From positions 249,122 to 313,121 of the forward strand of contig JAGXAQ010000002.1 of NCBI GenBank assembly GCA_018971485.1: 64,000 nt of DNA, given 5' to 3'. Below, in pieces: positions 9,892 through 19,794 of the stretch. Each line of letters begins with the position of its first letter. Position 1 is the stretch's first letter. The notes below the pieces were generated by a model. It was not told the DNA's origin. It worked only from the letters and a program-made list of their open reading frames with translations, and made no database searches. The stretch comes from Pseudomonadota bacterium (GTDB taxonomy: Bacteria > Pseudomonadota > Gammaproteobacteria > Burkholderiales > REEB80). The translations under genes were made by a program, and so were the position numbers.

Positions 9892-10803
9892 TCAGCCCTC
9901 TTTTGTCACGACACGGCGCCAATCTAGCGATTCAAGCCACCTTCTTGCACGAAGTGCATCAGCAGCACGGGTGTACTCACCCCATGAATTAAGGAAGACC
10001 ATAATTACAGGATGGCTATATACCCGTGTTTGTAAAACCAGACAATGGCCTGCTTCATTGATAAAACCAGTTTTTGAGAGGCCAATGGGCATAGCACGGC
10101 TTCTGACCAAGATGTCAGAATTCAAATAATTCAAAAAGCGATGCGGGGCATAGCTGACACGGTACTTACTCGTTGTTGTAATTTGCCGAATCAAAGGATA
10201 GTGGTACGCAGCATTCACCATTTTGGCCAAATCTTCAGGAGTAGATACATCCTGATCATTTAGCCCTGTACCCTCAACAAAATGAGTATGCCACATTCCA
10301 AGTTCTCGTGCTTTTTGGTTCATGGCATCAACAAATGCCGGCAATCCACCTGGATAATTCCGTGCGAGCGAAGATGCTGCTCGATTCTCAGATGACATCA
10401 AGGCAAGCTGCAGCATCTGGCGCCTGCTCAGCGTTGTCCCGACTGGCAAACGGGATGCACTATGTCTTAATGTATCCACATCAGCCTCAGTAACAGTCAG
10501 CATTTGATCCAAGGGCAATCCAGCATCTAAAGTCACCATGGCTGTCATCAGTTTGGTAATGGAAGCAATGGGGGCTTCTTCCTGCATATTTTTACCATAC
10601 AGGACACGCCCGGTTTTCTGATCAACAATCACTGCTGCCTCAGAACGAAGGTGAAGCCTCCTGGTAAGTGAAACAGGGATAATTACACCTATCCGAGAAG
10701 AAGGCGCTTCGTTAAAAACAAGCTTTCCAGCTATCGCATCATCTACGGGAACAAAACATACAACCCAAATCAATACTGCACCGGCCACCCATTTTAGAAA
10801 CAT
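9892..10803 (-). CDS. pbpG: D-alanyl-D-alanine endopeptidase (PBP7, peptidase S11)
   Basis: Signal peptide; ASITK (SxxK), SSEN (SxN), KTG. ATG at 10803 with GGAG upstream. Confidence 0.88.
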   Translation of the reverse strand: MFLKWVAGAVLIWVVCFVPVDDAIAGKLVFNEAPSSRIGVIIPVSLTRRLHLRSEAAVIVDQKTGRVLYGKNMQEEAPIASITKLMTAMVTLDAGLPLDQMLTVTEADVDTLRHSASRLPVGTTLSRRQMLQLALMSSENRAASSLARNYPGGLPAFVDAMNQKARELGMWHTHFVEGTGLNDQDVSTPEDLAKMVNAAYHYPLIRQITTTSKYRVSYAPHRFLNYLNSDILVRSRAMPIGLSKTGFINEAGHCLVLQTRVYSHPVIMVFLNSWGEYTRAADALRARRWLESLDWRRVVTKEG

Positions 10804-11182
10804 CTTGTTCTCCGAAAGCCTGACAAACACCCAGGTTAATAATGATCAGGATAAATCCTTTTTCTCATAATCTCATAACCACGTGCATCCGAATTTTTAT
10901 TATGGAATTACTGTGGCATTTGTATCACATGAAAAAGAAAATTTAAATCCCTATTTTAAAAAAAGTTTTTTATCAACCAAAACGTTAGAACAAGACCAGA
11001 GCCCAAAATTTTTCACATTCCCACAACCAGGAACTTTCCCAAAATTTTCCACGTTACCTAAAATCCAAAAATAAGATGAATCAAGCCACTACTACCATAA
11101 AAAAACTGAAAATAGTGTACCTGCCTAAAACAAGAGGCCTGTTATATCCTTAACCCGAACAGTTATCAAATTCTGATATCGA

Positions 11183-11815
11183 TCAGGCAAGCCCTGGCAA
11201 CAAAATCGCCACGCCCTGCGTTATAAATTCAACAGCAATTGCTGCTAACAGCAATCCCATCAGACGTGTCGCAATATTAATACCGGTATGACCAAGCCAG
11301 TGGCTAACCGGGTCTGCCAGCAAAAGCATCAACCAGACAAACAGGCCTACAACAATAGCACTGGCAATCAAAATAGACATACCCAAAATTGTATGAATAT
11401 GATTGGCATAAAGAATAGCTGTCGTAATGGCGCCTGGACCAGACAACAAGGGTATGGCCAAAGGAACAACCGCTACACTCTCGCGATCTTCAGCTTCTCG
11501 GGCCTCCTCTGGAGTTTGGCGGCTTGGACTTATTTTAGCCTGCATCATATGAATTGCCATCAACATGATTAACAATCCCCCTCCCACCCGAAATGAAGCA
11601 AGGCTGATTCCGAAAAACCTTAGAATGGACTCTCCTGTCAAACAGGCCACCACCAAAACACAGGCAACACTAAACCCTGTTAGCCGGGCGGTTCTTTTCC
11701 TTTGCTCCCTATCCTGCCCATCTGTCACTGTCAGGAATACAGGTACAGCTCCGACTGGATTAACAATAACAGAAAGAGCCACCAGAGCTTTAAGATAATA
11801 GGTCCAGTCCATCAC
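11183..11815 (-). CDS. MarC-family inner membrane protein
   Basis: VNPVGAVPVF, FGISLASFRVGGG, VPLAIPLLSGPGAI, RLMGLLLAAIAVEF. Confidence 0.93.
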   Translation of the reverse strand: MMDWTYYLKALVALSVIVNPVGAVPVFLTVTDGQDREQRKRTARLTGFSVACVLVVACLTGESILRFFGISLASFRVGGGLLIMLMAIHMMQAKISPSRQTPEEAREAEDRESVAVVPLAIPLLSGPGAITTAILYANHIHTILGMSILIASAIVVGLFVWLMLLLADPVSHWLGHTGINIATRLMGLLLAAIAVEFITQGVAILLPGLA

Positions 11816-12082
11816 ACCAAGTTTTATTCCTATACTGACAAAATTTCAAAACAAACCTTGTTTAGCCAATTTAAGATTAATACCAAACAATCCCGATTAA
11901 TTTTCAACACGGTTAAATCTTTATAACTGTCATCTTACTTCAACAAAAGTAATTTCCTGATATCAGCGTATTAATTGACTTTAATCCAATAAATCCGTTT
12001 CGTTTCCAGGCAGACCACCTGATTTATTCATATTTCATTATCAAAACAATAGAAAGTATTGCCCTATTTTTCTTGCAATCAC

Positions 12083-12898
12083 CTATGGCTCCAGCAGATT
12101 TCTTATAAAGCTCGCTCCATGGTAGAGTGGGGCATCGTAAATATCGCAGCCATAAGCTCCAATCAGTTGTTGTCCACGCATCGAAACCAGAAAAGAGCGG
12201 AATTTCCGTGCTAGCTTCTCTTCTTCAGTTATTGATGCACTGCGGATAAAAACATGGTAGGGGTTTAATAACGCGGAATCACCACGATAAAGCAAAGACA
12301 GGTTCATAACATGGGGTTTTTCTACTGCCCATGTAGAACTATCCAGCATAAAATAAGCCTTGCGAGAATTCGCCAACAACAGACTTGCTGTCATAAAATC
12401 ATGGCTGATGATGTACCATGATCCACCTGGATGATATTGTGTGCGATGCCAAATAGCCATTTCAGTCTGATGCGTACCGGAATCATCTCCTCTTGAGATA
12501 AAAGGACACTTTTTAGCTGCAATCCGACTATATGCATCTTCTATAGAGTGAGCATATCTTACCTGAGCGGGGTCACCTCTCGGACCTACCAGATAAAATT
12601 CATTTCCAGCAATTATGGACCGTTTCAGACCAGTATCAGCAAAAATAATTGGTTGTTTTTCAAAGGGCACATGAACCATGGCCAAATCAACCTGGCAGGT
12701 CTTAAGCAAGGACAAAGAACGGCCTGTGCCTGCCTTTATCCAAGCAATGCTGACTGATTTGTTATCCTGTAGGAACAATTCAGCCATCACGCGCAACAAA
12801 CCCAATTCGCCAGGACTACCCGTTGCTACCGTAAGGCGGGTTTTCCCACTCCCGTAGATTTCTGTTGCACATTCCATTTTCACTACTTCATTCGACAA
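12083..12898 (-). CDS. TupA-like (tungstate/oxyanion ABC) substrate-binding-domain protein, orphan
   Basis: GTGRSL...DLAMVH, NEFYLVGPRGDPA, FISRGDDSGTH, LLNPYHV. No signal peptide. Confidence 0.75.
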   Translation of the reverse strand: MSNEVVKMECATEIYGSGKTRLTVATGSPGELGLLRVMAELFLQDNKSVSIAWIKAGTGRSLSLLKTCQVDLAMVHVPFEKQPIIFADTGLKRSIIAGNEFYLVGPRGDPAQVRYAHSIEDAYSRIAAKKCPFISRGDDSGTHQTEMAIWHRTQYHPGGSWYIISHDFMTASLLLANSRKAYFMLDSSTWAVEKPHVMNLSLLYRGDSALLNPYHVFIRSASITEEEKLARKFRSFLVSMRGQQLIGAYGCDIYDAPLYHGASFIRNLLEP

Positions 12899-13160
12899 AA
12901 TTAACCTGCCATTTTCTCAAGCCGGAACGATTACAACTTCCTACAACAATAACCTTTTATCTTTATTCTATATTATAAAGCCCAGCAATAACAGGTAAGC
13001 CTTAACCGGTTTATTACCCTTTTTTAAATATAAAAAATCAGATGGGTTATCTAAAAAATTCAAACCATTTAATAAATCAACCGGGGCTAAATTTGACCTA
13101 TAAATGCTTGTTGCAGATCAATTAAAAAGGGGATATGCAGCTTATTTTCGACTAGCTATA

Positions 13161-13394
13161 TCACTTACCCCAATGCCAATGCAACGGCTCTCCCTTAACC
13201 CAACAGATTGTAACAAGCAGGATAGTAAGCAAACCAAAAGCAGACCAAAACCAGAAAAAATGAATTGTTGGCGGAAATACCAGCACTATAAGAATTACTA
13301 ACAAAACATAGGAGATAAGCACAAGCCATCCTTGCCACACAACGGGAAAAGCCCACCCCAAGCCATATCGCTTGGCTGGAAACCAATATCTCAT
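13161..13394 (-). CDS. Small two-TM hypothetical membrane protein (WFPAKRYG...WQGW...KGEP type)
   Basis: 77 aa with two hydrophobic helices and Trp/Gly-rich ends that I recall from conserved hypothetical proteins. Confidence 0.7.
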   Translation of the reverse strand: MRYWFPAKRYGLGWAFPVVWQGWLVLISYVLLVILIVLVFPPTIHFFWFWSAFGLLTILLVTICWVKGEPLHWHWGK

Positions 13395-13568
13395 CTCGTT
13401 TCATCAGCCATAATAATTATCCAAATAAAAACTATCGCTCTTACCATGATTCATAACGGATTTACATTAAACTCCGAAATTTAATTGATATCTACTTAAC
13501 AAATTTAGAATGATATTACTGTTCACTTACTTGACCAGTGTTATTTAATTTAAGGCCAGGATTTTAAT

Positions 13569-13594
13569 ATCAAAAAAACCATGGTTTTTTTGAT
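13569..13594. repeat. Perfect 26-bp palindrome downstream of tRNA-Ile2 (terminator or operator)
   Basis: ATCAAAAAAACCATGGTTTTTTTGAT equals its own reverse complement. Confidence 0.85.
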
Positions 13595-13659
13595 CAAGTA
13601 AAAACTGGATTGTGGACCACAAGACAATTCTAGAAAGTCGACGAAAAGCTTATGCTTTT

Positions 13660-13736
13660 TGGTGGGCCCGGTCGGATTCGAACCGACGACCAAAGGATTA
13701 TGAGTCCTCTGCTACTAACCACTGAGCTACAGGCCC
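13660..13736 (-). tRNA. ileX: tRNA-Ile2 (CAU anticodon, lysidine-modified type)
   Basis: GGGCCTG acceptor stem with C4:G69 and C5:G68, anticodon loop CTCATAA, GTTCGAATC T-loop, encoded CCA. Lies downstream of rpoD. Confidence 0.9.
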
Positions 13737-13743
13737 AAATATA

Positions 13744-13769
13744 ATAAACTCCGAAGAATCGGAGTTTAT
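13744..13769 (-). terminator. Hairpin between rpoD and the tRNA (terminator or processing stem)
   Basis: ATAAACTCCGA-AGAA-TCGGAGTTTAT 11-bp inverted repeat. A second inverted repeat AACCATCAAGC/GCTTGATGGTT lies at 13806-13842. Confidence 0.6.
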
Positions 13770-13848
13770 CTTGAAAGAAACCGGATCAAGCACTGGATGC
13801 TACCGAACCATCAAGCCTACGTCAACAGCAAGCTTGATGGTTTTTACG

Positions 13849-15744
13849 TTATTGCTCATTATCCATAAAACTACGCAACCGATCTGATCTAGATGGATGG
13901 CGTAATTTACGCAAGGCTTTAGCCTCAATCTGACGAATACGTTCACGGGTCACATCAAACTGCTTGCCAACTTCCTCAAGTGTATGATCAGTGTTCATCT
14001 CTATCCCAAAACGCATTCGAAGCACTTTGGCCTCACGTGGAGTCAAGGATTCCAGTACTTCCTTAGTTGCTTCACGCAAAGATGAATACATCGCCGCATC
14101 AGACGGAGCCATTGTTGCCAAATCCTCAATAAAATCGCCCAAATGAGAATCCTCATCATCTCCTATCGGGGTCTCCATGGAAATCGGCTCTTTGGAAATC
14201 TTCAGAATCTTGCGAATCTTGTCTTCGGGCATTTCCATTTTTTCAGCCAGCTCTGCAGGATCTGGCTCTAGACCTGTCTCCTGAAAAATCTGCCGGGAAA
14301 TTCGGTTCATCTTGTTAATAGTTTCTATCATATGAACCGGTATACGAATGGTTCTAGCTTGATCGGCAATTGATCGAGTAATGGCCTGACGTATCCACCA
14401 TGTCGCATAGGTTGAAAATTTGTAGCCACGACGATATTCAAATTTATCAACCGCTTTCATGAGGCCTATATTACCCTCTTGAATCAAGTCCAGAAACTGG
14501 AGGCCCCGGTTGGTATATTTTTTTGCGATAGAAATTACCAACCGCAAATTTGCTTCAATCATTTCACGTTTAGCACGTCGGGCCTTTGCTTCACCAGTTG
14601 ACATCTGCCGATTGATTTCCTTGAGATCCTTGACTGGAATCCCAACCCGATTTTGCAGATCTACCAATTTTTGCTGTAATTCAACAACCAGAATTTCCAT
14701 ACGCAATAAATCTGTGCCATAGGCCTTACCTGATACCGATTCCTGGCTTACCCAAGAAAGATTCCCTTCATTACCTGGAAAATTCTTAATGAAATACTGC
14801 CGAGGCATCCCTCCTTTTTGTACACACAAATTCATGATTTCACGTTCGTAACTTCTTATTTCGTCAACCAACTGGCGCAAATTATCACATAAGGCTTCTA
14901 CCTGTTTGACAGAGAAACGGATCGCCATCAATTCACTCGAAATCAATTCCTGGGCTTCCTTATAGGGCTCGGATCCATATCCTTTCTGCTGCAAAATGGT
15001 GCACATCCTTGCATAGGCATCGCGAATGATGGCAAAACGTTCCATGGCATCACTTTTAAGCTGGGCAAGATTGGCCGCGGCGATCGCTGAGCTTTCTCCC
15101 TCTTCATCTGTTTCAGTATCATCGGAATCAATCTCGTCGCTCTCCAATGTTTCTTCATCGAGTTCTTCATCCGCAGTTGCATTTTCATCACTCAAAGATG
15201 CGACACCATCAACCAGCTCATCAATTCGAAGTGTGTCGTTTTCAACCTGTTCTACAAGCTTCAGGATTTCTGCAATAGTTGTAGGGCATGCTGAAATAGC
15301 CTGCACCATATGCTTCAGACCATCCTCAATCCGCTTGGCAATCTCGATCTCACCTTCTCGAGTCAGCAAATCAACTGTTCCCATTTCACGCATGTACATC
15401 CGGACCGGATCAGTCGTTCTGCCAAATTCAGAATCTGCAGTGGCCAAAGCAGCTTCTGCCTCTTCAACAGCATCATCATCTGTTACCGATGGAGGGGCAT
15501 CCGACATCAGCAAAGACTCTGCGTCAGGTGCCTCGTCATAAACAGCAATACCCATATCTCCGATCATGCTGATGACTGATTCAATCTGTTCAGCATCCAG
15601 CATTTCATCTGGCAAATGATCATTAATCTCCGCATAGGTGAGATAGCCACGATCCTTTCCCAGAACAATCAGCGACTTCAAGCGCATCCGTCGTTCATCA
15701 GCATCATTGAGGCGTACTTCGGATTTTTCGTTATCACTCACCAT
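13849..15744 (-). CDS. rpoD: RNA polymerase primary sigma factor sigma70
   Basis: Region 1.1 [60 protein letters not shown]. Alternative TTG start at 15798. Confidence 0.99.
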   Translation of the reverse strand: MVSDNEKSEVRLNDADERRMRLKSLIVLGKDRGYLTYAEINDHLPDEMLDAEQIESVISMIGDMGIAVYDEAPDAESLLMSDAPPSVTDDDAVEEAEAALATADSEFGRTTDPVRMYMREMGTVDLLTREGEIEIAKRIEDGLKHMVQAISACPTTIAEILKLVEQVENDTLRIDELVDGVASLSDENATADEELDEETLESDEIDSDDTETDEEGESSAIAAANLAQLKSDAMERFAIIRDAYARMCTILQQKGYGSEPYKEAQELISSELMAIRFSVKQVEALCDNLRQLVDEIRSYEREIMNLCVQKGGMPRQYFIKNFPGNEGNLSWVSQESVSGKAYGTDLLRMEILVVELQQKLVDLQNRVGIPVKDLKEINRQMSTGEAKARRAKREMIEANLRLVISIAKKYTNRGLQFLDLIQEGNIGLMKAVDKFEYRRGYKFSTYATWWIRQAITRSIADQARTIRIPVHMIETINKMNRISRQIFQETGLEPDPAELAEKMEMPEDKIRKILKISKEPISMETPIGDDEDSHLGDFIEDLATMAPSDAAMYSSLREATKEVLESLTPREAKVLRMRFGIEMNTDHTLEEVGKQFDVTRERIRQIEAKALRKLRHPSRSDRLRSFMDNEQ

Positions 15745-15794
15745 AAATTCAATCCCGATTAATGATTTTAAAAATGACTCTGTAAATGAGTCTG

Positions 15795-17495
15795 TCAATG
15801 GGCAAGCAATCCCCTCAATTCTTCTTTTCCTGCAGGGGTCAATTCATTTTTCAGCAATTCATCAACTCGCCGTTTCCGTTGGCGCTCACGCCATTTACCT
15901 ACTGCATCCATGAACTCTTGTTGGACATCAATTTTTCCATTTAATTCACTGATTTCCGATAAAAAAATAGAAGTTATCTCACTAAACTCACTATGTAGCA
16001 ATTCCTGCTGAAGCTCAATACTACTAATGTCCTGACTTGATACCACCATTTCAATCATGTGCTGCAAAAGATCGGCCCCTTTACCAGTGAAGGCCTCATT
16101 ACGCAAATTAAGAGCTAACGAAGGCTGCATGAACACAAGCTTGATCAAATGCCGCAATAAGGAAGGCGCAACGCGGGCCAACCTCGAACCACCTCGTTTT
16201 ACCACCCCAGAAAAAACAGGCTTTTGATCCACCTTTCCTGAAAACTCATCCAGTTCTTCCAGGCTCAGCCCTACCCGCTGCGCAAGGCTTTTTCGCAAAA
16301 CCAGACGATAAGCCGGAGCTGGCATCTGATGAATCAGTGGGTAAGCCTCCTTAATCAATCTTGCCTGCCCCTCCTCAGTCTGAAGATCAGATCCCGATGC
16401 CAGGTGCTCTAACAGGAATTTCGCCAAAGACTGCGCATCCTCGACCAGCCGCTCAAAAGCCTGCTTGCCATGACCACGAACATAACTATCCGGATCATCC
16501 CCTTCTGGAAGGAACAAAAACTTAACTTTTTTCCCATCCTGAATCACCTTCAAACAGCTATTGAGTGCTTTCCAGGCTGCACGTCGCCCAGCGCTATCTC
16601 CGTCAAAACTGAAAACAATTTCATCAGCCAAACGCATCAATGATTTAGCATGAGCTTCCGTTGTTGCCGTGCCCAGCGTGGCCACAGCATAATCAACCCC
16701 ATACTGATGCAGCATAACCACATCCATATAGCCTTCAACAACCAGTACACGGCCTTTTATTCGAATTGCTTTTTGTGCTTGAGCCAAACCATAGAGCTCC
16801 TTGCCCTTTTCAAACAAGCGTGTCTCGGGTGAATTCATGTACTTCGGCTCCCCTGTATCAAGAACCCGACCGCCAAATCCGACAATCCGCCCACGAAAAC
16901 CTACAATCGGGAACATGATGCGATCCCGAAAACGGTCATACCGTCGACCTGTTTCGCTCACAATTACCAAACCACTATCTACCACTTCATCAGCTTCATA
17001 GTTCTTTAAGGCTGTCTCTAGCGACCGCCATCCAGCTGGTGCATACCCTAAACCGAACCGTGCGGCAGTCAATCCCGTCAAACCACGGGTTTTTAAATAA
17101 TCAATAGCTCGCTTCGATCCTTTCAAGGAAAGACGATAGAATCGTGACGCTTCCTCCAAAACAGGTGTCAACTGATCCGGCTGACGTTGAACAGGTTGAC
17201 TCTCATCTTTTGGAACCACCATTCCAGCCATATGAGCCAGCTCATTTATAGCCTGCACAAATGATAGGCCTCGCCATGCCATCACAAAATCAATACCATT
17301 TCCATGTGCACCACAACCAAAACAATGGTAAAACTGCTTAACCGGACTTACGGTAAAGGATGGAGTTTTTTCCTGGTGGAAGGGACAGCAGGCCTGATAA
17401 TTAGCCCCTGCCTTTTTCAAGGTGACTGCGCGACCTACAACATCGACCACATCCAGCCGATTCAGCAAATCATCGATAAATGATTGCGGGATCAT
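15795..17495 (-). CDS. dnaG: DNA primase
   Basis: [15 protein letters not shown]...CFGC zinc finger, VEGYMDV, FDGDSAG TOPRIM motif. Confidence 0.98.
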   Translation of the reverse strand: MIPQSFIDDLLNRLDVVDVVGRAVTLKKAGANYQACCPFHQEKTPSFTVSPVKQFYHCFGCGAHGNGIDFVMAWRGLSFVQAINELAHMAGMVVPKDESQPVQRQPDQLTPVLEEASRFYRLSLKGSKRAIDYLKTRGLTGLTAARFGLGYAPAGWRSLETALKNYEADEVVDSGLVIVSETGRRYDRFRDRIMFPIVGFRGRIVGFGGRVLDTGEPKYMNSPETRLFEKGKELYGLAQAQKAIRIKGRVLVVEGYMDVVMLHQYGVDYAVATLGTATTEAHAKSLMRLADEIVFSFDGDSAGRRAAWKALNSCLKVIQDGKKVKFLFLPEGDDPDSYVRGHGKQAFERLVEDAQSLAKFLLEHLASGSDLQTEEGQARLIKEAYPLIHQMPAPAYRLVLRKSLAQRVGLSLEELDEFSGKVDQKPVFSGVVKRGGSRLARVAPSLLRHLIKLVFMQPSLALNLRNEAFTGKGADLLQHMIEMVVSSQDISSIELQQELLHSEFSEITSIFLSEISELNGKIDVQQEFMDAVGKWRERQRKRRVDELLKNELTPAGKEELRGLLAH

Positions 17496-17556
17496 GGGTG
17501 AACCCTCAAACACGTGTAAGGTCATTTTACCGGCGATCCTGCTGCCGCACAATGCA

Positions 17557-18018
17557 TCAACCGGTAAGCGCGCTTTTTATCAATCCAGAAATAACAGCCA
17601 TGTCCACGCTCCCACCCAGTTCAGATTTCAACACAGACATCACACGCCCCATATCTTTCATCCCACTAGCGCCAGTAGCGATAATAGCTGCTCTTACACG
17701 GGCCTTTAGCTCCTCTTCACCTGGAGCAGCAGGCAGATACCCTTCTAGAATGTTAACTTCAGCTGCTTCCGCATCAACCAGATCCTGCCGCCCAGCAGCT
17801 CCGTACTGGGCAATCGAATCTCGCCTTTGCTTAATCATCTTGCGGATCACATCGATCACGCCCTGATCATTCAAGGACTCTTCCTTATCAGATGACCTTT
17901 TATCAATCTCCTGCTGACGTACTGCAGAAAGCAAAAGACGGACCGTACCCAATCGCACAGTATCGCGATCGCGCATCGCTTGCTTCATATCATCTGAAAT
18001 TTGCTGTCTCAGGGTCAT
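17557..18018 (-). CDS. GatB/YqeY domain protein
   Basis: LRQQISDDMKQAMR, KMIKQRRDSIAQY, MKDMGRVM; lies between rpsU and dnaG. Confidence 0.92.
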   Translation of the reverse strand: MTLRQQISDDMKQAMRDRDTVRLGTVRLLLSAVRQQEIDKRSSDKEESLNDQGVIDVIRKMIKQRRDSIAQYGAAGRQDLVDAEAAEVNILEGYLPAAPGEEELKARVRAAIIATGASGMKDMGRVMSVLKSELGGSVDMAVISGLIKSALTG

Positions 18019-18033
18019 GTCACCCAAACCCTG

Positions 18034-18246
18034 TTAGTAGAGCTTCGGAGGTAACGTCTGGCTACGTAATCTTTTATAATGACGCTTGACTGCTGCAGCC
18101 TGCTTACGCTTACGTTCAGCGGTTGGCTTTTCATAAAATTCACGGGCACGAAGCTCGTTAAGCAAACCTGAACGCTCAATAGTGCGACGGAAGCGGCGCA
18201 AGGCAACGTCAAACGGTTCCCCTTCTTTTACACGAACACTGGGCAT
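18034..18246 (-). CDS. rpsU: 30S ribosomal protein S21
   Basis: [19 protein letters not shown]...[14 protein letters not shown]. Confidence 0.98.
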   Translation of the reverse strand: MPSVRVKEGEPFDVALRRFRRTIERSGLLNELRAREFYEKPTAERKRKQAAAVKRHYKRLRSQTLPPKLY

Positions 18247-18278
18247 GAAATCTCCGCAAAAATGCAAGTAAATATGAA

Positions 18279-18307
18279 ATTATATCTGGGCTTGCTTCGC
18301 TTTTCAA
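18279..18307 (-). promoter_or_regulatory. sigma70 promoter of the rpsU-yqeY-dnaG-rpoD operon
   Basis: TTGAAA-N17-TATAAT on the minus strand. Confidence 0.75.
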
Positions 18308-18382
18308 TCGGAACTACATTTTTCTTAAGTAGCACCCCCCTGCCCCTTGAAGTATAATTTCCATTTTATGAGTGGTGTTAGC

Positions 18383-19387
18383 ATGCTGGTCTTAGGAATT
18401 GAAACCTCGTGTGATGAAACAGGAATTGCTCTCTTCGATACTTCATCGGGTTTATTGGCACATGAACTTCATTCGCAGATAGCCATGCATGCAGAATATG
18501 GCGGTGTGGTTCCTGAACTGGCCTCTCGCGATCATATTCGCCGTATCATTCCTTTAATAAGAACAGCACTTCATCAAGCAGACAAAACCTTCAATGATCT
18601 GAATGCGATTGCCTATACAGAAGGCCCAGGCCTAGCTGGCGCATTACTGGTTGGCGCTTCAGTTGCAGAAGGTCTGGCCGCTTCCCTCAATATCCCACGA
18701 ATTGGCATTCATCACCTGGAAGGGCATCTGCTTGCCCCGCTTCTTGAACCTACACCGCCTAAATTCCCGTTCATTGCTCTTCTCGTTTCAGGTGGGCACA
18801 CCCAATTAATGCGGGTCAATGAAATTGGTAACTACCGGAAACTTGGAGAAACCCTGGACGATGCAGCAGGCGAGGCCTTTGACAAAACCGCTAAAATTCT
18901 AAATCTAGGCTACCCGGGAGGACCGGCCCTCTCAAAACTAGCCGAGACGGGCGACCCAAACCGATTTAAGCTGCCGCGCCCACTTATCAGAAGTAAAGAT
19001 TTAAACTTTAGCTTTAGTGGATTAAAAACTGCTGTTTTAACCCTTTCCAACACAGTTCGACTTGATGAAACCCTTATTCGCGATATTGCTGCCTCATTTC
19101 AAGCAGCAATTGTAGATGTGCTCACCTTTAAAGCACTATTAGCCCTAAAGCAGGAAAACCTGACTCGCCTGGTTGTCGCCGGAGGCGTAGGGGCCAACAA
19201 ACAGTTAAGACAACAAATGAACACCCTGGTCAACCAATATGGCGGAACAGTGCACTACCCAAAAATTGAGTTCTGTACCGACAATGGTGCCATGATTGCT
19301 TTTGCCGGGGCCATGCGCTTGGCCGAAGCCAGCCAGAAACCTGGCTTCTGTATTCGAGCACGCTGGCCGCTTGAGGAACTTCACTAA
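18383..19387 (+). CDS. tsaD: tRNA N6-threonylcarbamoyltransferase
   Basis: [46 protein letters not shown]. Confidence 0.98.
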   Translation: MLVLGIETSCDETGIALFDTSSGLLAHELHSQIAMHAEYGGVVPELASRDHIRRIIPLIRTALHQADKTFNDLNAIAYTEGPGLAGALLVGASVAEGLAASLNIPRIGIHHLEGHLLAPLLEPTPPKFPFIALLVSGGHTQLMRVNEIGNYRKLGETLDDAAGEAFDKTAKILNLGYPGGPALSKLAETGDPNRFKLPRPLIRSKDLNFSFSGLKTAVLTLSNTVRLDETLIRDIAASFQAAIVDVLTFKALLALKQENLTRLVVAGGVGANKQLRQQMNTLVNQYGGTVHYPKIEFCTDNGAMIAFAGAMRLAEASQKPGFCIRARWPLEELH

Positions 19388-19399
19388 TCTTCTGAAAAA

Positions 19400-19759
19400 C
19401 TAGATTTCATGCCCACGCTCAATCGTCACACCTACTTCTGCAACATAAGGCAGGATATTCGGCTTGCTTACCCTGACCCTTACCCAAGGTGTTTCGTATT
19501 CCTTCAGCAACAGCTCGGCAATAAATTCTGCCAACCTTTCAACCAAGGCAAAACGTTGACGGGGCAGTTCCTGAAAAAGACGGGCCACCACATCGGCATA
19601 ATCGACTGTATCTTCCACATTGTCGCGACGAAGTTGACCCTGATTGCTTTTAAGTGCAATCTCAAGATCAATGCCAATTTCCCTGGGAGCCTGACGCTCC
19701 CAGTCAAACACACCAATAACCACTGCAATACGCAGATCCTTAATAAATACAATATCCAT
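19400..19759 (-). CDS. folB: Dihydroneopterin aldolase
   Basis: MDIVFIKDL, IGVFDWER, DTVDYA, LVERLAE, VGVTIER. Confidence 0.93.
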   Translation of the reverse strand: MDIVFIKDLRIAVVIGVFDWERQAPREIGIDLEIALKSNQGQLRRDNVEDTVDYADVVARLFQELPRQRFALVERLAEFIAELLLKEYETPWVRVRVSKPNILPYVAEVGVTIERGHEI

Positions 19760-19794
19760 TTTTCCGGCCTTCATTAAATGGTAAGCTCAGCACG

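Noticed and set aside
10883-11074. 63-aa plus-strand ORF in the pbpG-marC spacer
   Set aside because: GTG start with no RBS, low-complexity AT-rich codons and no recognisable motif.
12899-13160. Moco/Wco riboswitch or ModE box upstream of the TupA-like gene
   Set aside because: The region is simply AT-rich, with no recognisable consensus or stable multi-stem structure.
10804-13659. attL/attR duplication of the tRNA 3' end, or an integrase bounding the islet
   Set aside because: I found no second copy of the tRNA 3' sequence and no recombinase ORF by eye.
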